The notes: generated by a model not told the origin, from the sequence alone. DNA of 64,000 nt from Candidatus Paceibacter sp. (GCA_020724845.1 DYGE01000003.1:1377-65376), one strand, 5' to 3'; numbered from the stretch's first letter, positions 26,252-35,814 are shown. Program-made: numbers and translations.

Positions 26252-26704
26252 TTAATCAGGTGGCCGTAGTGGCTCGCGGTCAAGCGTCATGTTGGTCTCT
26301 GACCGCAGACCACCATGGTCTCTGGTGCCGTGGAGCAGTTTTCTGTTTACGCGGTACATGGTTGTTGGCCACAGACCGCTCTCAGTCCGCACTTTCCTCG
26401 TCTCAATCAGGCCCAGACTTCTAAGCTTCCGCCTGGTTCTGACGCAGGTACTGCCCCCGAATCCATAGGCGGCAAAGCCTAATACCTTACCCTCTTTGGT
26501 TTCGAAGCTCTTATCCGTATGCCAGAACCAGCCATCCTTAGTCGCAAAGCGGTTAGAAAGACTACATAATCTGAACAGAAAATCCCGCTCAGCGTGACTG
26601 AGCTTCTTTCGCAGAGTTTCATTATCGTAGACAAGATGAGGCGCGAAGAAACAGTTTTCGTGCCTATTCTCTGATTGTTGTTTGTGATCCATAGTTTTCA
26701 TCAA
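26252..26704 (-). CDS. Winged-helix DNA-binding protein. Possible replication initiator or regulator of the element.
   Basis: ERDFLFRLCSL...CVRTRRKLRSLGLIETRK winged-helix-like segment. Adjacent to the iteron array. Confidence 0.4.
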   Translation of the reverse strand: MMKTMDHKQQSENRHENCFFAPHLVYDNETLRKKLSHAERDFLFRLCSLSNRFATKDGWFWHTDKSFETKEGKVLGFAAYGFGGSTCVRTRRKLRSLGLIETRKVRTESGLWPTTMYRVNRKLLHGTRDHGGLRSETNMTLDREPLRPPD

Positions 26705-26972
26705 GTATTTCAGTCACTTTGTTGCCAACCGCTTCTTCCATAGCTCTGCCGACCTCAGAGCTGATCGGATGGAAGGTATTCAGGTTCTTTTCGCCGACTT
26801 TCCGTGTCGGGTAAACCAGGCGGTATCCTGTACCGTCCAGGCGGGTATAGACAGCGACCGACCCGATCCAGAATTTCCCGTCAATCACGAAGGAGACAAA
26901 GCCCACGTGGCCGTCTCTGGGTTTGACGGGTACAAACTGAATTTCACTGATTTTTGTTGGTGTCTGGCTCAT
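26664..26972 (-). CDS. SpoVG-like nucleic-acid-binding protein
   Basis: IQFVPVKPRDGHVGFVSFVIDGKFWIGSVAVYTRLDG..YRLVYPTRK......FHPI...R..EEAV aligns with the SpoVG family pattern. Confidence 0.5.
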   Translation of the reverse strand: MSQTPTKISEIQFVPVKPRDGHVGFVSFVIDGKFWIGSVAVYTRLDGTGYRLVYPTRKVGEKNLNTFHPISSEVGRAMEEAVGNKVTEILDENYGSQTTIRE

Positions 26973-27174
26973 GGTGTTCCTGTTGTTTTTCCATGAATTT
27001 CTGATAGGCAGGTTTGTAAAGCTGGATCAGATTATTCGCATGCAAAGAAGCCTCGGCCTCGGACAATTCCACGCCGTATTTTTTTCGGTAAATCTCTTTG
27101 AATTCTTTGATGGCTTCTTTGGGTAACATAAAAGCGGAGCTCCCGAAGGAGTCCCGCTTTTTGCCTCTGACCAA
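26944..27174 (-). CDS. Small hypothetical protein
   Basis: ORF only. Overlaps the spoVG-like gene start. Confidence 0.3.
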   Translation of the reverse strand: MVRGKKRDSFGSSAFMLPKEAIKEFKEIYRKKYGVELSEAEASLHANNLIQLYKPAYQKFMEKQQEHHEPDTNKNQ

Positions 27175-27597
27175 CAGAACACGGCCCGTCTATTGGGAGA
27201 GGAAATCGAACCCCCAAGGGTTATTGGCCGTGTTTTGTATTGGTTTGTGAAAGAAGCCTTGGTCTTTATCTGCAACGAAAAAAGACCGCTGCTTCTCGCT
27301 CTCGGTTTCAAATCATGGGTCCGCCCGAAGACGGATAATCTGATCTCATCGAGAGCAGAAGCAGTGGTCCTTTGTGGTCCCAATATGTCAGGACGTCTTG
27401 ATCACTTCTTCTGCCGTACAAATCTTACATGCGACAGTCGTATATCGTACCTGTATTATATGCCGCACAGAAAACTGCGGCAAGACCCCCGCATTGTGGA
27501 AAAGCCACACTGACAAAATCTGACAAGGACTGACGCAAAATTACGCTCTGACAGATTTGAACACTTCTGACATAAGCGCTATAATGAAATTAATCCT

Positions 27598-27789
27598 ATG
27601 AAAGACAGACTGCTCACAGTCAAGGAGGTTGCTGATTACCTACGTGTCAGCGAACGCTCTGTGCTTCGATATATAGAAGCAGGCAGACTTAATGCGTCCA
27701 AGGTCGGATGGTGGCGGATCAGGCAGTCTGATTTGGATGACTTTCTGAAAAGAACCAGTCGTCCGCAAAAAAGAAAACGCCATGGCTGA
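27598..27789 (+). CDS. Helix-turn-helix DNA-binding protein (excisionase/MerR-like HTH_17). Candidate excisionase, or a controller of the downstream methyltransferase.
   Basis: LLTVKEVADYLRVSERSVLRYIEAGRL HTH. Its stop overlaps the Vsr-Dcm start by 8 nt. Confidence 0.65.
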   Translation: MKDRLLTVKEVADYLRVSERSVLRYIEAGRLNASKVGWWRIRQSDLDDFLKRTSRPQKRKRHG

Positions 27790-29422
27790 TGTAATGACAA
27801 CCGCACAGCGGTCTTACAATATGTCCCGTATCCGCTCGCAGGATACAAAACCCGAAATCCAGCTTCGGAATCTTCTGATTTCAAACGGAATCAGTGATTT
27901 TGAAATTACACCTAAACATATCCCAGGGCGTCCTGATTTTTATTTCTCAAACAGAAAAACAGCTGTGTTTGTAGACGGATGTTTCTGGCATGGTTGCAAA
28001 GACTGTTACCAGGCTCCAAAGACCAATGCGAAGTTCTGGAAGAAAAAGGTCAGCACAAACACTGCAAGAGACCAGGTAGTTAATCGGGAATTAAAGTCTC
28101 TTGGAGTAAAAGTAATCAGGGTTAAAGAACACAGCCTGAAATCTGCGCCTGACAAAACTATAAAGCACATTGAATCTAAACTATCACAGGATCAGCGACC
28201 GAAGGTTCTTGATCTTTTTGCTGGCGCTGGAGGATTATCGGAGGGTTTTATGAGGGCAGGTTGTGAAATGATAGGCCACATTGAGGTTGATAAAAATTCC
28301 TGCGAGACTTTGACAACGCGTATGATATATCACGCGCTTAAGGCAAGAGGAAAATACGAAGATTATAAAAAATATGTTTTGGGGAAACTGAGCAGAGAAG
28401 AACTAGTTGAGAAATACGGTCTGCAGAGAGATCGGAATTCGGTGATATGTGCTGAAATTGGAAAGGATAATTATAAAAAACTTATAAGAGAAATACGTGA
28501 ACGACTCAACGGTCAGCAACTGGATATCATTGTCGGCGGTCCTCCGTGCCAGGCTTACTCGTATATCGGGCGTGCCAGAGACGAAAACAGAATGCGGCGT
28601 GATTCGCGTAATTTTTTGTACAGATACTATGTTGAATTCCTGAAAGCCTTTCAGCCGAAGATTTTTGTATTTGAAAATGTCCCTGGACTGATAAGTGCTG
28701 GTAAAGGCAGGTATCTGAAAGACATGCGGCGCCTTATGAAAAAGGCTGGTTATGACACTGGATACAAAATTCTTAACGCATCTGATTTTGGTGTGCCACA
28801 GAGCAGAAAAAGAGTTCTGCTGGTGGGGTGGAATAAATACTCAAAGATGGAGGAATATCCCGATTTTCCAAAAGTAAAAAGGCAGTATAAGGTCAAAGAT
28901 TTCTTTGTTGGGCTTCCAAAGATTAATTCTGGCGAAGGAAAAACAATACAACGATTCTCAAAAAGAAGTGATCTGCTTGAAAAGCTCAGAATCATGAATC
29001 CAGAATTTGGCCTGCTGCTGGATCATCTGTCGCGTCCCAATACCAAACAGGACCTTGAGATTTATCGACTGGCCGTTACGGCAAAGAAAAAAGGTCAGAA
29101 CATAAAATATAATGAGCTGCCAAGGCGTTTGAAGACACACAGGAATGAAGACGGTTTTCTCGACCGATTTAAAGTTGTAGATGCCAGCGCAGAAGGGTCA
29201 CATACCATAGTTGCTCACATAGCCAAGGATGGTCACTTCTATATTCATCCTGATCTGAGACAAAACAGATCTATTTCTGTCAGAGAGGCGGCGAGATTAC
29301 AAACGTTTCCTGATGACTATAAATTTGAAGGTACCCGAGGTCCCCAATTTCGCCAGATTGGAAATGCTGTTCCACCTATGCTGTCAGAGGTGATCGCGAG
29401 GGAACTAATTAAATACCTGTAG
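27782..29422 (+). CDS. Fusion protein: very-short-patch-repair (Vsr) T/G mismatch endonuclease fused N-terminally to a C5-cytosine DNA methyltransferase (Dcm-type)
   Basis: Vsr part: RSYNMSRIRSQDTKPE, GRPDFYF, FVDGCFWHGC. MTase part: FAGAGGLSEGF (motif I), GGPPCQAYS (IV), ENVPGL (VI), QTFPDDY...GNAVPP (IX/X). Confidence 0.85.
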   Translation: MADVMTTAQRSYNMSRIRSQDTKPEIQLRNLLISNGISDFEITPKHIPGRPDFYFSNRKTAVFVDGCFWHGCKDCYQAPKTNAKFWKKKVSTNTARDQVVNRELKSLGVKVIRVKEHSLKSAPDKTIKHIESKLSQDQRPKVLDLFAGAGGLSEGFMRAGCEMIGHIEVDKNSCETLTTRMIYHALKARGKYEDYKKYVLGKLSREELVEKYGLQRDRNSVICAEIGKDNYKKLIREIRERLNGQQLDIIVGGPPCQAYSYIGRARDENRMRRDSRNFLYRYYVEFLKAFQPKIFVFENVPGLISAGKGRYLKDMRRLMKKAGYDTGYKILNASDFGVPQSRKRVLLVGWNKYSKMEEYPDFPKVKRQYKVKDFFVGLPKINSGEGKTIQRFSKRSDLLEKLRIMNPEFGLLLDHLSRPNTKQDLEIYRLAVTAKKKGQNIKYNELPRRLKTHRNEDGFLDRFKVVDASAEGSHTIVAHIAKDGHFYIHPDLRQNRSISVREAARLQTFPDDYKFEGTRGPQFRQIGNAVPPMLSEVIARELIKYL

Positions 29423-29426
29423 AATC

Positions 29427-30914
29427 ATGAAAGTATTAAAGACAAATCCAGGCGCCAAACGTTTGATGGAAAGCCTGCGCAATATGGGTTATGACTGCAG
29501 TACTGCTGTGGCTGATTTGGTTGACAACAGTATTGTTGCGCATGCTTCTGAGATTTACATCGATATAATTCCGAAGCAGGATGATCACCCTGCAGCAATT
29601 GTTATTGCCGACAATGGTAATGGAATGGACAGGAATGAGCTTCATGAGGCAATGCGTTTCGGCGCTTTTCAGGAATATTCCCCAGATGATCTGGGTAAAT
29701 ATGGTCTTGGTCTCAAGACTGCTTCCCTCAGCCAGTGTCGTACTCTGACCGTTTCGTCCAAAGGAAAAAGTATTCGTGGCAAAAGACCGAGGCGCCACTG
29801 TATGCGCTGGGATATTGACCATGTTTATAAAACCGACGACTGGAATCTTCTTGAGTTATCCGACGATGAGCTTCTTCCTTGGGAGCAGAAACTTATTGAG
29901 CATGATGTCGTTAAAGAAAACGGCACCGTAGTATTGTGGACTGATCTTAATGATGCCCTGCCCCTTCTTTCCTCTGAAAATGCCTTGGACCGTGAGAGGT
30001 TTCTTGCTCACCTCATCGATGAAATCAGTAGTCATTTACGAATGGTATTTCATCGGTTTATGCAGGGTGCTGTTACGGGAAGACGGAAACTGGATATTTA
30101 TGTTTGCGGAGAGCAGCTGATTCCGTGGGACCCCTTCTGTCGAAATGAATCAACCCGTGAGCTGGAAATTATCCGTATTCCTGTTATTTCAATGGAGCCT
30201 GACGGTTCAAAATTAAAAGAAACGGTTACTGTCAGTCCTTTTGTTTTGCCACGAGATGATGAATTTTCATCTCCAGCTGCCTGGAGAGAAGCTTCTGGAC
30301 CCAAAAACTGGAATCAGCAGCAGGGCTTTTATTTTTATCGCAATAACCGTCTGATGCAGGCAGGTGGCTGGAACCGTATAAGAACCTCGGATGAACACAC
30401 AAAGCTTCTCAGGGTGGCAGTAGATTTCCCTGGAGAACTTGACCGCGCTTTTTCGATAAATATCACAAAAATGCGGGCAAAGATTCCGTCTGAAATAAGA
30501 CAGGATATTAAGTCCCATGTAAGTGCATGGGTGAAAATAGCGAGAGCCCGCTATGACGGTCTGTCTTCGAGAGCCAGTAAGCAGCGCCAGAAGCAACAGA
30601 GGTCAAAGACCCCCGAAAAGGGCAAAGCGGTTCAGGAACAGGTGAAGAATTCAGTCACGATGGGCCGTATGATTTTTCACAGAAGCGAAAACGCACGGGA
30701 CATTGTGATTACTGAGGACCGAAAAAGAAAACTTATAAATATATCAGTTCCTGTTTATCACGAGCTGGCAGGCATTTTTACCAATGGTAACAAGTGGGAT
30801 CATCACAAGTTTTCGATGATCACCCTTAGTATTCTTGAGGCAGTAGCGGCAAAAAAGCTTCCATCCGACCGTATTCCAGTCAGCACGCTCAGGAAAATTT
30901 ATAAAGAGTTATGA
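29427..30914 (+). CDS. GHKL/Bergerat-fold ATPase (HATPase_c_3-like)
   Basis: DLVDNSI (N box), IADNGNGMD (G1), GKYGLGLKTAS (G2). Starts 4 nt after the MTase stop. Confidence 0.7.
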   Translation: MKVLKTNPGAKRLMESLRNMGYDCSTAVADLVDNSIVAHASEIYIDIIPKQDDHPAAIVIADNGNGMDRNELHEAMRFGAFQEYSPDDLGKYGLGLKTASLSQCRTLTVSSKGKSIRGKRPRRHCMRWDIDHVYKTDDWNLLELSDDELLPWEQKLIEHDVVKENGTVVLWTDLNDALPLLSSENALDRERFLAHLIDEISSHLRMVFHRFMQGAVTGRRKLDIYVCGEQLIPWDPFCRNESTRELEIIRIPVISMEPDGSKLKETVTVSPFVLPRDDEFSSPAAWREASGPKNWNQQQGFYFYRNNRLMQAGGWNRIRTSDEHTKLLRVAVDFPGELDRAFSINITKMRAKIPSEIRQDIKSHVSAWVKIARARYDGLSSRASKQRQKQQRSKTPEKGKAVQEQVKNSVTMGRMIFHRSENARDIVITEDRKRKLINISVPVYHELAGIFTNGNKWDHHKFSMITLSILEAVAAKKLPSDRIPVSTLRKIYKEL

Positions 30915-33424
30915 TTAAAACGCTTTCAGACGCAGTCACAATTGTTGAATTTCTGATTTCCCGTCAGGGGAAAACAGTCGAAGAAGCCGTAGAAGAGGCT
31001 TCTGTTCCAATGCATCTTCGGGAGCAGGTAATAAAATATTTTGCTCTGCCTCTTGAAATCACGCCGCCCGATCTCCTCGTAAGCACTGAAAAGATTCCCC
31101 GTTGTGATCCAGACCCCGATTCTGTCCAGCAGTATTTCGGAGCTTTCCAGAGATTTCTTATCGATGAACGACACTGGCCAAAGTCAACCATTGATACCCT
31201 TGCAGATACCTCTCTCGACCTTGTCAGGCGGTTCCCCAAACCAGATGCGGTACAGTATTTTCAGGGGCGCGGCCTTGTAGTCGGGCACATACAAAGCGGC
31301 AAAACCGCCAACATGGCCGCACTGATAGCCCGTGCGGCTGATGAAGGGTATAAGCTCTTTATTGTTTTGGGAGGGTTCTGGAAAGATTTGCGGGCCCAGA
31401 CACAGAGAAGGCTGGATCAGGAAGTTGTCGGCGGTTCTGACAACGATGCAGATGGTCCATATGTTCAGCATGATTCTGAAATACCCCGATGGGTAAGACT
31501 TACCCGTTCTGGTCTTGAGGGTGACTTCAGGCCAGGTCCAAATGATCTGAACCCGCAGACACCAAAACTTGCTGTCATTAAGAAAAACAAAAGAATAGAA
31601 ACTCTGGTGAACTGGCTGAAAAAATCTCCCGTATCACTGGGTGAATTACCTGCAATTGTTATTGATGATGAGGCAGATCAGGGGTCTATAGATACAAATT
31701 ACGGACGTTACGATGATGACGGCGAGCAGATTGATCCATCTGCTACCAACAGGCGCATCCGAGAACTTCTTGGTATTCTTCCGAAATGTGTCTATGTCGG
31801 TTTTACTGCAACCCCCTTTGCCAACGTACTTATTGATGCCTCAACAGAGGAAGATTTGTATCCACGAGACTTTATCGCCACCCTCCCAGAGCCGCCAGGT
31901 TATTTCGGCCCGAGGAAGCTTTTTGGATTGGGGCTTGATCCTTCTGATCTTTCTCCTGTGCCTGCTCAAAGACCTCCGCTTGACCTGATTCGGCACATCA
32001 ACGAAGAAGATCTTGATGAAATTGATAAAGTAATCAATGAAGGCGGGTCTTGCCCTAGGATTCTTTCAGACGCACTTCTGTCTTTTGTGCTCGCAAGCTG
32101 CGCTCGTCTTGCACGGGGACATAACCGTGACCGTGATCATTCCAGTATGCTGGTCCATACATCTCACAGAACCGAGCCACACCGAATATTTGCTGACACG
32201 ATAAACCAGGAATTGCAGCTCATAAAGAATGCAGCTGCCCGACCCAAGTCCTTCCCCGAACTTATGGCCCGTGCCCGTGAGATATGGAATTCAGATTTTC
32301 GCAGAGTTACCGCAGAGCAGGATGACCCCGAACTTCAGGAGTACGATTTTGAAACAGTCTGGAAGTTTGCCAAGACACTGACAGAGTCGATTGAGGTTAA
32401 GGTACTTAACAGCACTTCGGACGATGAGCTGGACTATACTGGGCACGCAAAAAGATATGTGGTTGTGGGCGGAAACCGCCTTTCCCGCGGGCTTACCCTG
32501 GAGGGACTGTGCGTAAGCTTATTCACCAGAGATACAAATCAGTACGATACCCTTCTGCAGATGGGAAGATGGTTCGGCTATCGACCTCAATATCATGATC
32601 TGACAAGAATATATGTGGAATCACAGCTTGCTGAACGTTTTGCAGAGCTTGCCCGTGTTGAAGAAGAAATGAGGGCAGACCTGTCCAAGTATTCACAGCA
32701 GCCAGACCCCCCGACGCCCCTCCAGCTTAAACCTGTTATCCGCAGTCACCCGACAATGATGGTGACTTCCCGTATGAAAATGGGTGCTGGGAGGCCTCTC
32801 TATATTTCTTTTCAGAATACTTTGCAGCAGACAGTTGCTTTTCCGATGGAAAACAAATCACTGCTGCAAAACAATCTTGAGGCGGCAAAAACGTTTATCT
32901 CTGGACTTCCTGATAATCTCCAGAGTGCTTCTGATGAAGGTACGCATATATGGACCGATGTCCCGTCAGAAAAGATTCTGGAATTTCTTCAGGCTTATGA
33001 ATTCAGCCGTGAGGCTCGGGATGTTAACCGCCAGAATCTGGTCAGTTATATTTCCCGACAGAATAACAGGGGCGAGCTTGTATTATGGGACGTGGTTATC
33101 CCGCGCGGAAATCCTAAGCTGGAACCTTTCAAATGGACGAAAAATATACTGACACGCAAAATTACACGTGTGCCGATGACAAGTAAATCTATCAGGGTTT
33201 TGTCGAGCCCTGCTGATATCAGGAACTGGCAACAAGTAGCATACCGCGACCTTAAAGATCCCAAACGGGGATGCCTGATGCTTTATTTGATTGACAGAAA
33301 ATCTGATCTGGGGAGCGATGTAAAGTTTTTTCCGAATACTTCCGATGCCGAAGATATTCTTGGTCTCGTTCTTGCTTTCCCCGAATCAAAATCTAATGAA
33401 ACGATTGAATATGTCTCACAATGA
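30911..33424 (+). CDS. Large P-loop NTPase of the Z1-domain type (methyltransferase-associated)
   Basis: GHIQSGKTANM Walker A and IVIDDEADQGS Walker B. 837 aa. ATGA start overlaps the upstream stop. Confidence 0.6.
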   Translation: MIKTLSDAVTIVEFLISRQGKTVEEAVEEASVPMHLREQVIKYFALPLEITPPDLLVSTEKIPRCDPDPDSVQQYFGAFQRFLIDERHWPKSTIDTLADTSLDLVRRFPKPDAVQYFQGRGLVVGHIQSGKTANMAALIARAADEGYKLFIVLGGFWKDLRAQTQRRLDQEVVGGSDNDADGPYVQHDSEIPRWVRLTRSGLEGDFRPGPNDLNPQTPKLAVIKKNKRIETLVNWLKKSPVSLGELPAIVIDDEADQGSIDTNYGRYDDDGEQIDPSATNRRIRELLGILPKCVYVGFTATPFANVLIDASTEEDLYPRDFIATLPEPPGYFGPRKLFGLGLDPSDLSPVPAQRPPLDLIRHINEEDLDEIDKVINEGGSCPRILSDALLSFVLASCARLARGHNRDRDHSSMLVHTSHRTEPHRIFADTINQELQLIKNAAARPKSFPELMARAREIWNSDFRRVTAEQDDPELQEYDFETVWKFAKTLTESIEVKVLNSTSDDELDYTGHAKRYVVVGGNRLSRGLTLEGLCVSLFTRDTNQYDTLLQMGRWFGYRPQYHDLTRIYVESQLAERFAELARVEEEMRADLSKYSQQPDPPTPLQLKPVIRSHPTMMVTSRMKMGAGRPLYISFQNTLQQTVAFPMENKSLLQNNLEAAKTFISGLPDNLQSASDEGTHIWTDVPSEKILEFLQAYEFSREARDVNRQNLVSYISRQNNRGELVLWDVVIPRGNPKLEPFKWTKNILTRKITRVPMTSKSIRVLSSPADIRNWQQVAYRDLKDPKRGCLMLYLIDRKSDLGSDVKFFPNTSDAEDILGLVLAFPESKSNETIEYVSQ

Positions 33425-34451
33425 AATTACATTCGGAGGTATCCTGCAGCCGCTGGTTGATCGCCTGACCCGTACTCCGCAAAAAAGAGGCAAACTTTCG
33501 GGTCAGGAGGTCGTCATCCCGAGAAAGGATGTGGGAGTAATTATCGCTGTTGATGATGAGAATAATATTCACCTTCTTGTTTCTCCAGCGCCTTCAGACC
33601 TGGATCATCTTTCAAAACTTGATCTGAAAGGATTAAAAATTGATGTCAAAGACTGGGCAGTTGCCGAAAAACCAGCTCAAAGCTATCTTGATATTTTCTG
33701 TACAACAGGCTCACTTCCTTCGTTCAGGCGCCCATTCCTTCGTTTTGCTGAGGATGTACTGTATGAAGTTTCTAAGTCACAAACACAACCTTCTGATGCA
33801 GTATACAAAACCTGTATAAGATGGAGAAAATTCTGGAGCCCTGATGTTAAAACAGAAATAACAAGAGAGTGGATTCAGGGTATGTTTGGAGAGCTTAGCT
33901 TTCTTTCCAGTCTGATAGAACGGTTCGGGTCTGGTGTTGTGGGCAGCTGGAGCGGGCCTGTCGGTGCAGATCATGATTTCCAGTCGGGAACAAAGCTGGC
34001 AGTTGAGGTAAAAACATCCACCGAAACACCTTTTCGTATTATCTGCAATATTCATCAGCTGGATGATTCTTTGTTCAAAACACTTTTTATAGCCTGTTAT
34101 CGCATTACTGCAACAGAAAAAGGACGGACTCTGTCAGAACTTGTAAGAGAAATCGAACAGCTTATGGGTGATGACGAGACTGCCTTGGATGTATTTTATG
34201 AACGCCTCATGGCGGGAGGTTATACCCGCCAGCTTGAGTCCGCTTACGATAATTTCAGGCTGGAGACTGATGATGTTGTTATGTTCCGTGTAGATAATAA
34301 CTTTCCGAAGCTTACCGAGAAAAGTTTTGTACGTCCGCCTGATCATCGTATCAGCAGCATAAGATATATTCTCGAACTTGCAGGCCTGAAAGAGCTTTCC
34401 TTTAATGATGTGTCAGGTGAGTTAAACATATTTGCTAATGAAGAAAAATAA
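33411..34451 (+). CDS. Putative PD-(D/E)XK-like nuclease (possibly AIPR-like)
   Basis: GELSFLS...GADHDF...LAVEVKT resembles an E...D...E-x-K nuclease core. Overlaps the upstream gene by 14 nt. Confidence 0.4.
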   Translation: MSHNEITFGGILQPLVDRLTRTPQKRGKLSGQEVVIPRKDVGVIIAVDDENNIHLLVSPAPSDLDHLSKLDLKGLKIDVKDWAVAEKPAQSYLDIFCTTGSLPSFRRPFLRFAEDVLYEVSKSQTQPSDAVYKTCIRWRKFWSPDVKTEITREWIQGMFGELSFLSSLIERFGSGVVGSWSGPVGADHDFQSGTKLAVEVKTSTETPFRIICNIHQLDDSLFKTLFIACYRITATEKGRTLSELVREIEQLMGDDETALDVFYERLMAGGYTRQLESAYDNFRLETDDVVMFRVDNNFPKLTEKSFVRPPDHRISSIRYILELAGLKELSFNDVSGELNIFANEEK

Positions 34452-35214
34452 TCAGCTCGCTCTTATTGTTGCCTATTTTCTGTCACGGTGTGACAGGGAT
34501 GCTTATACCCGTCTCGGATACAGTTCCTTTACAGAGGCAACAAAAGAGGTCGGAAAAATCCTCGGTGTTAAGCAGGCTACAGTTCAGAACATGCGTGATG
34601 AATTTGATCCATATCATGACAATCCACGTGTCGGCTGGCAACGGGAATTGGCTGGCAGTCGTCTGAAAGTGATGGAGGCATTTCAGAATACTGACGATGA
34701 AACTATGCTGGAGATAGTTAAAGAAATCCTCTTTAACAGCAATTTCCAGGAGACTGATGAATTTCATGATATAAGTGTTGTCTTTTCGGATAAAAAGCAA
34801 AATCGTCACAAAAGAGAATCCGTGTTTATATTAAGAGGTCCTACTGGGAAAAAGGCAGAGAACTTTTTTATAGCTAATTTTGAAAAAAGCAGGAATCCTG
34901 TTGACGGCACCTTAACAGACAGACGCGAAGACGGATGCGGTTATGATTTTGAAATAAAAAATTCTGTAGGCCTGCATTTTATTGAGGTTAAAGGGCTGGC
35001 ATCTGAAAGCGGTGGAGTACTGTTTACAAACAAAGAATGGAAAACTGCGCTCATGCACGGCGACAGATATTATCTTGTACTGGTTCATAATATTGCTGCT
35101 CAACCATCCCTGAAAATTATTAGAAATCCAGCTGCAAAGCTTAAAGCCAAGAAGAATATTTACACCACGGTACAGGTAAGCTGGTCTATATCATCTTTAA
35201 TCTTGGAATCCTGA
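34432..35214 (+). CDS. Putative restriction-endonuclease-like protein (DUF3883-like PD-(D/E)XK C-terminal domain)
   Basis: GYDFEI...HFIEVKG...YYLVLV at the C-terminus. Overlaps the upstream gene by 20 nt. Last gene of the operon. Confidence 0.4.
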   Translation: MLMKKNNQLALIVAYFLSRCDRDAYTRLGYSSFTEATKEVGKILGVKQATVQNMRDEFDPYHDNPRVGWQRELAGSRLKVMEAFQNTDDETMLEIVKEILFNSNFQETDEFHDISVVFSDKKQNRHKRESVFILRGPTGKKAENFFIANFEKSRNPVDGTLTDRREDGCGYDFEIKNSVGLHFIEVKGLASESGGVLFTNKEWKTALMHGDRYYLVLVHNIAAQPSLKIIRNPAAKLKAKKNIYTTVQVSWSISSLILES

Positions 35215-35231
35215 AACAGGGACTGATAATT

Positions 35232-35525
35232 ATGCTTAAACGATACATTCAATATCTCAAAGACAACCCGCAAGGGTACTTGTTCAAGCGGAAGCTCTAC
35301 GGTTGGGGCTGGGTGCCTGTGAGGTGGCAGGGCTGGCTTGTGGTGACCATAGGAGTCGCTATTGTTTCTCTTGGTTACTGGATCGGAGAGACCGATGATG
35401 CGCCTGGCATGATACTTCTCGGTCTTGCGCTTGGGGTTGGATTTATATTCGTCTTCGGCTACTGGAAGGGAGAAAAACCGCGCTGGCAGTGGGGCTTACC
35501 GAAAAAATATGATGAAAAGAAATAA
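35232..35525 (+). CDS. Small membrane protein (two TM helices)
   Basis: ORF with hydrophobic segments. Confidence 0.4.
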   Translation: MLKRYIQYLKDNPQGYLFKRKLYGWGWVPVRWQGWLVVTIGVAIVSLGYWIGETDDAPGMILLGLALGVGFIFVFGYWKGEKPRWQWGLPKKYDEKK

Positions 35526-35814
35526 TATAAAACAATTTATTGTAAGCGCATTTGTCTTGTATTTCTCCTTTGGTTTTATCTTTGCCGTATATGCATATTC
35601 TCACGACTTGCGGACATTCAGATGTGTTGATCCGACCGCGCCGCACGGATACATTGGCATGGGTAGCGGTAGTTTTCAGAACCCCGATCCTGAACGTTGT
35701 ACCCGACGAGGATTTGAATTGCGGTCTATCGCAACTATTCCGTTCTTTACTGTCGCTGGTCCTGTGATTCTTGCGGGACGTTACACTCATGCGCTGTTTT
35801 ATCAATCTGATTAA
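35509..35814 (+). CDS. Small membrane protein. The start is taken at MMKRNN. The track ORF 35425 extends further upstream.
   Basis: ORF with a TM helix after the start. Overlaps the previous stop by 17 nt. Confidence 0.35.
   Translation: MMKRNNIKQFIVSAFVLYFSFGFIFAVYAYSHDLRTFRCVDPTAPHGYIGMGSGSFQNPDPERCTRRGFELRSIATIPFFTVAGPVILAGRYTHALFYQSD

Larger units (their letters stand above)
23301..35214. mobile_element. Putative integrated mobile element or defence island inserted at the tRNA 3' end. It carries a serine integrase, an iteron/Rep-like module, a SpoVG-like protein and the Vsr-Dcm/GHKL/Z1/nuclease operon. The right boundary is not determined.
   Basis: Integrase adjacent to a tRNA gene. Cargo of replication and defence genes. 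Orientation switches at about 27500. No att direct repeat is identifiable, as expected for serine integrases. Confidence 0.4.

Noticed and set aside
25660-26252. Multiple overlapping 60-120-aa ORFs on both strands (for example 25244-25891, 25665-26015, 25720-26091)
   Set aside because: They are mutually overlapping with no SD or conserved motifs. The region is better explained as non-coding DNA carrying the inverted repeat and iterons.
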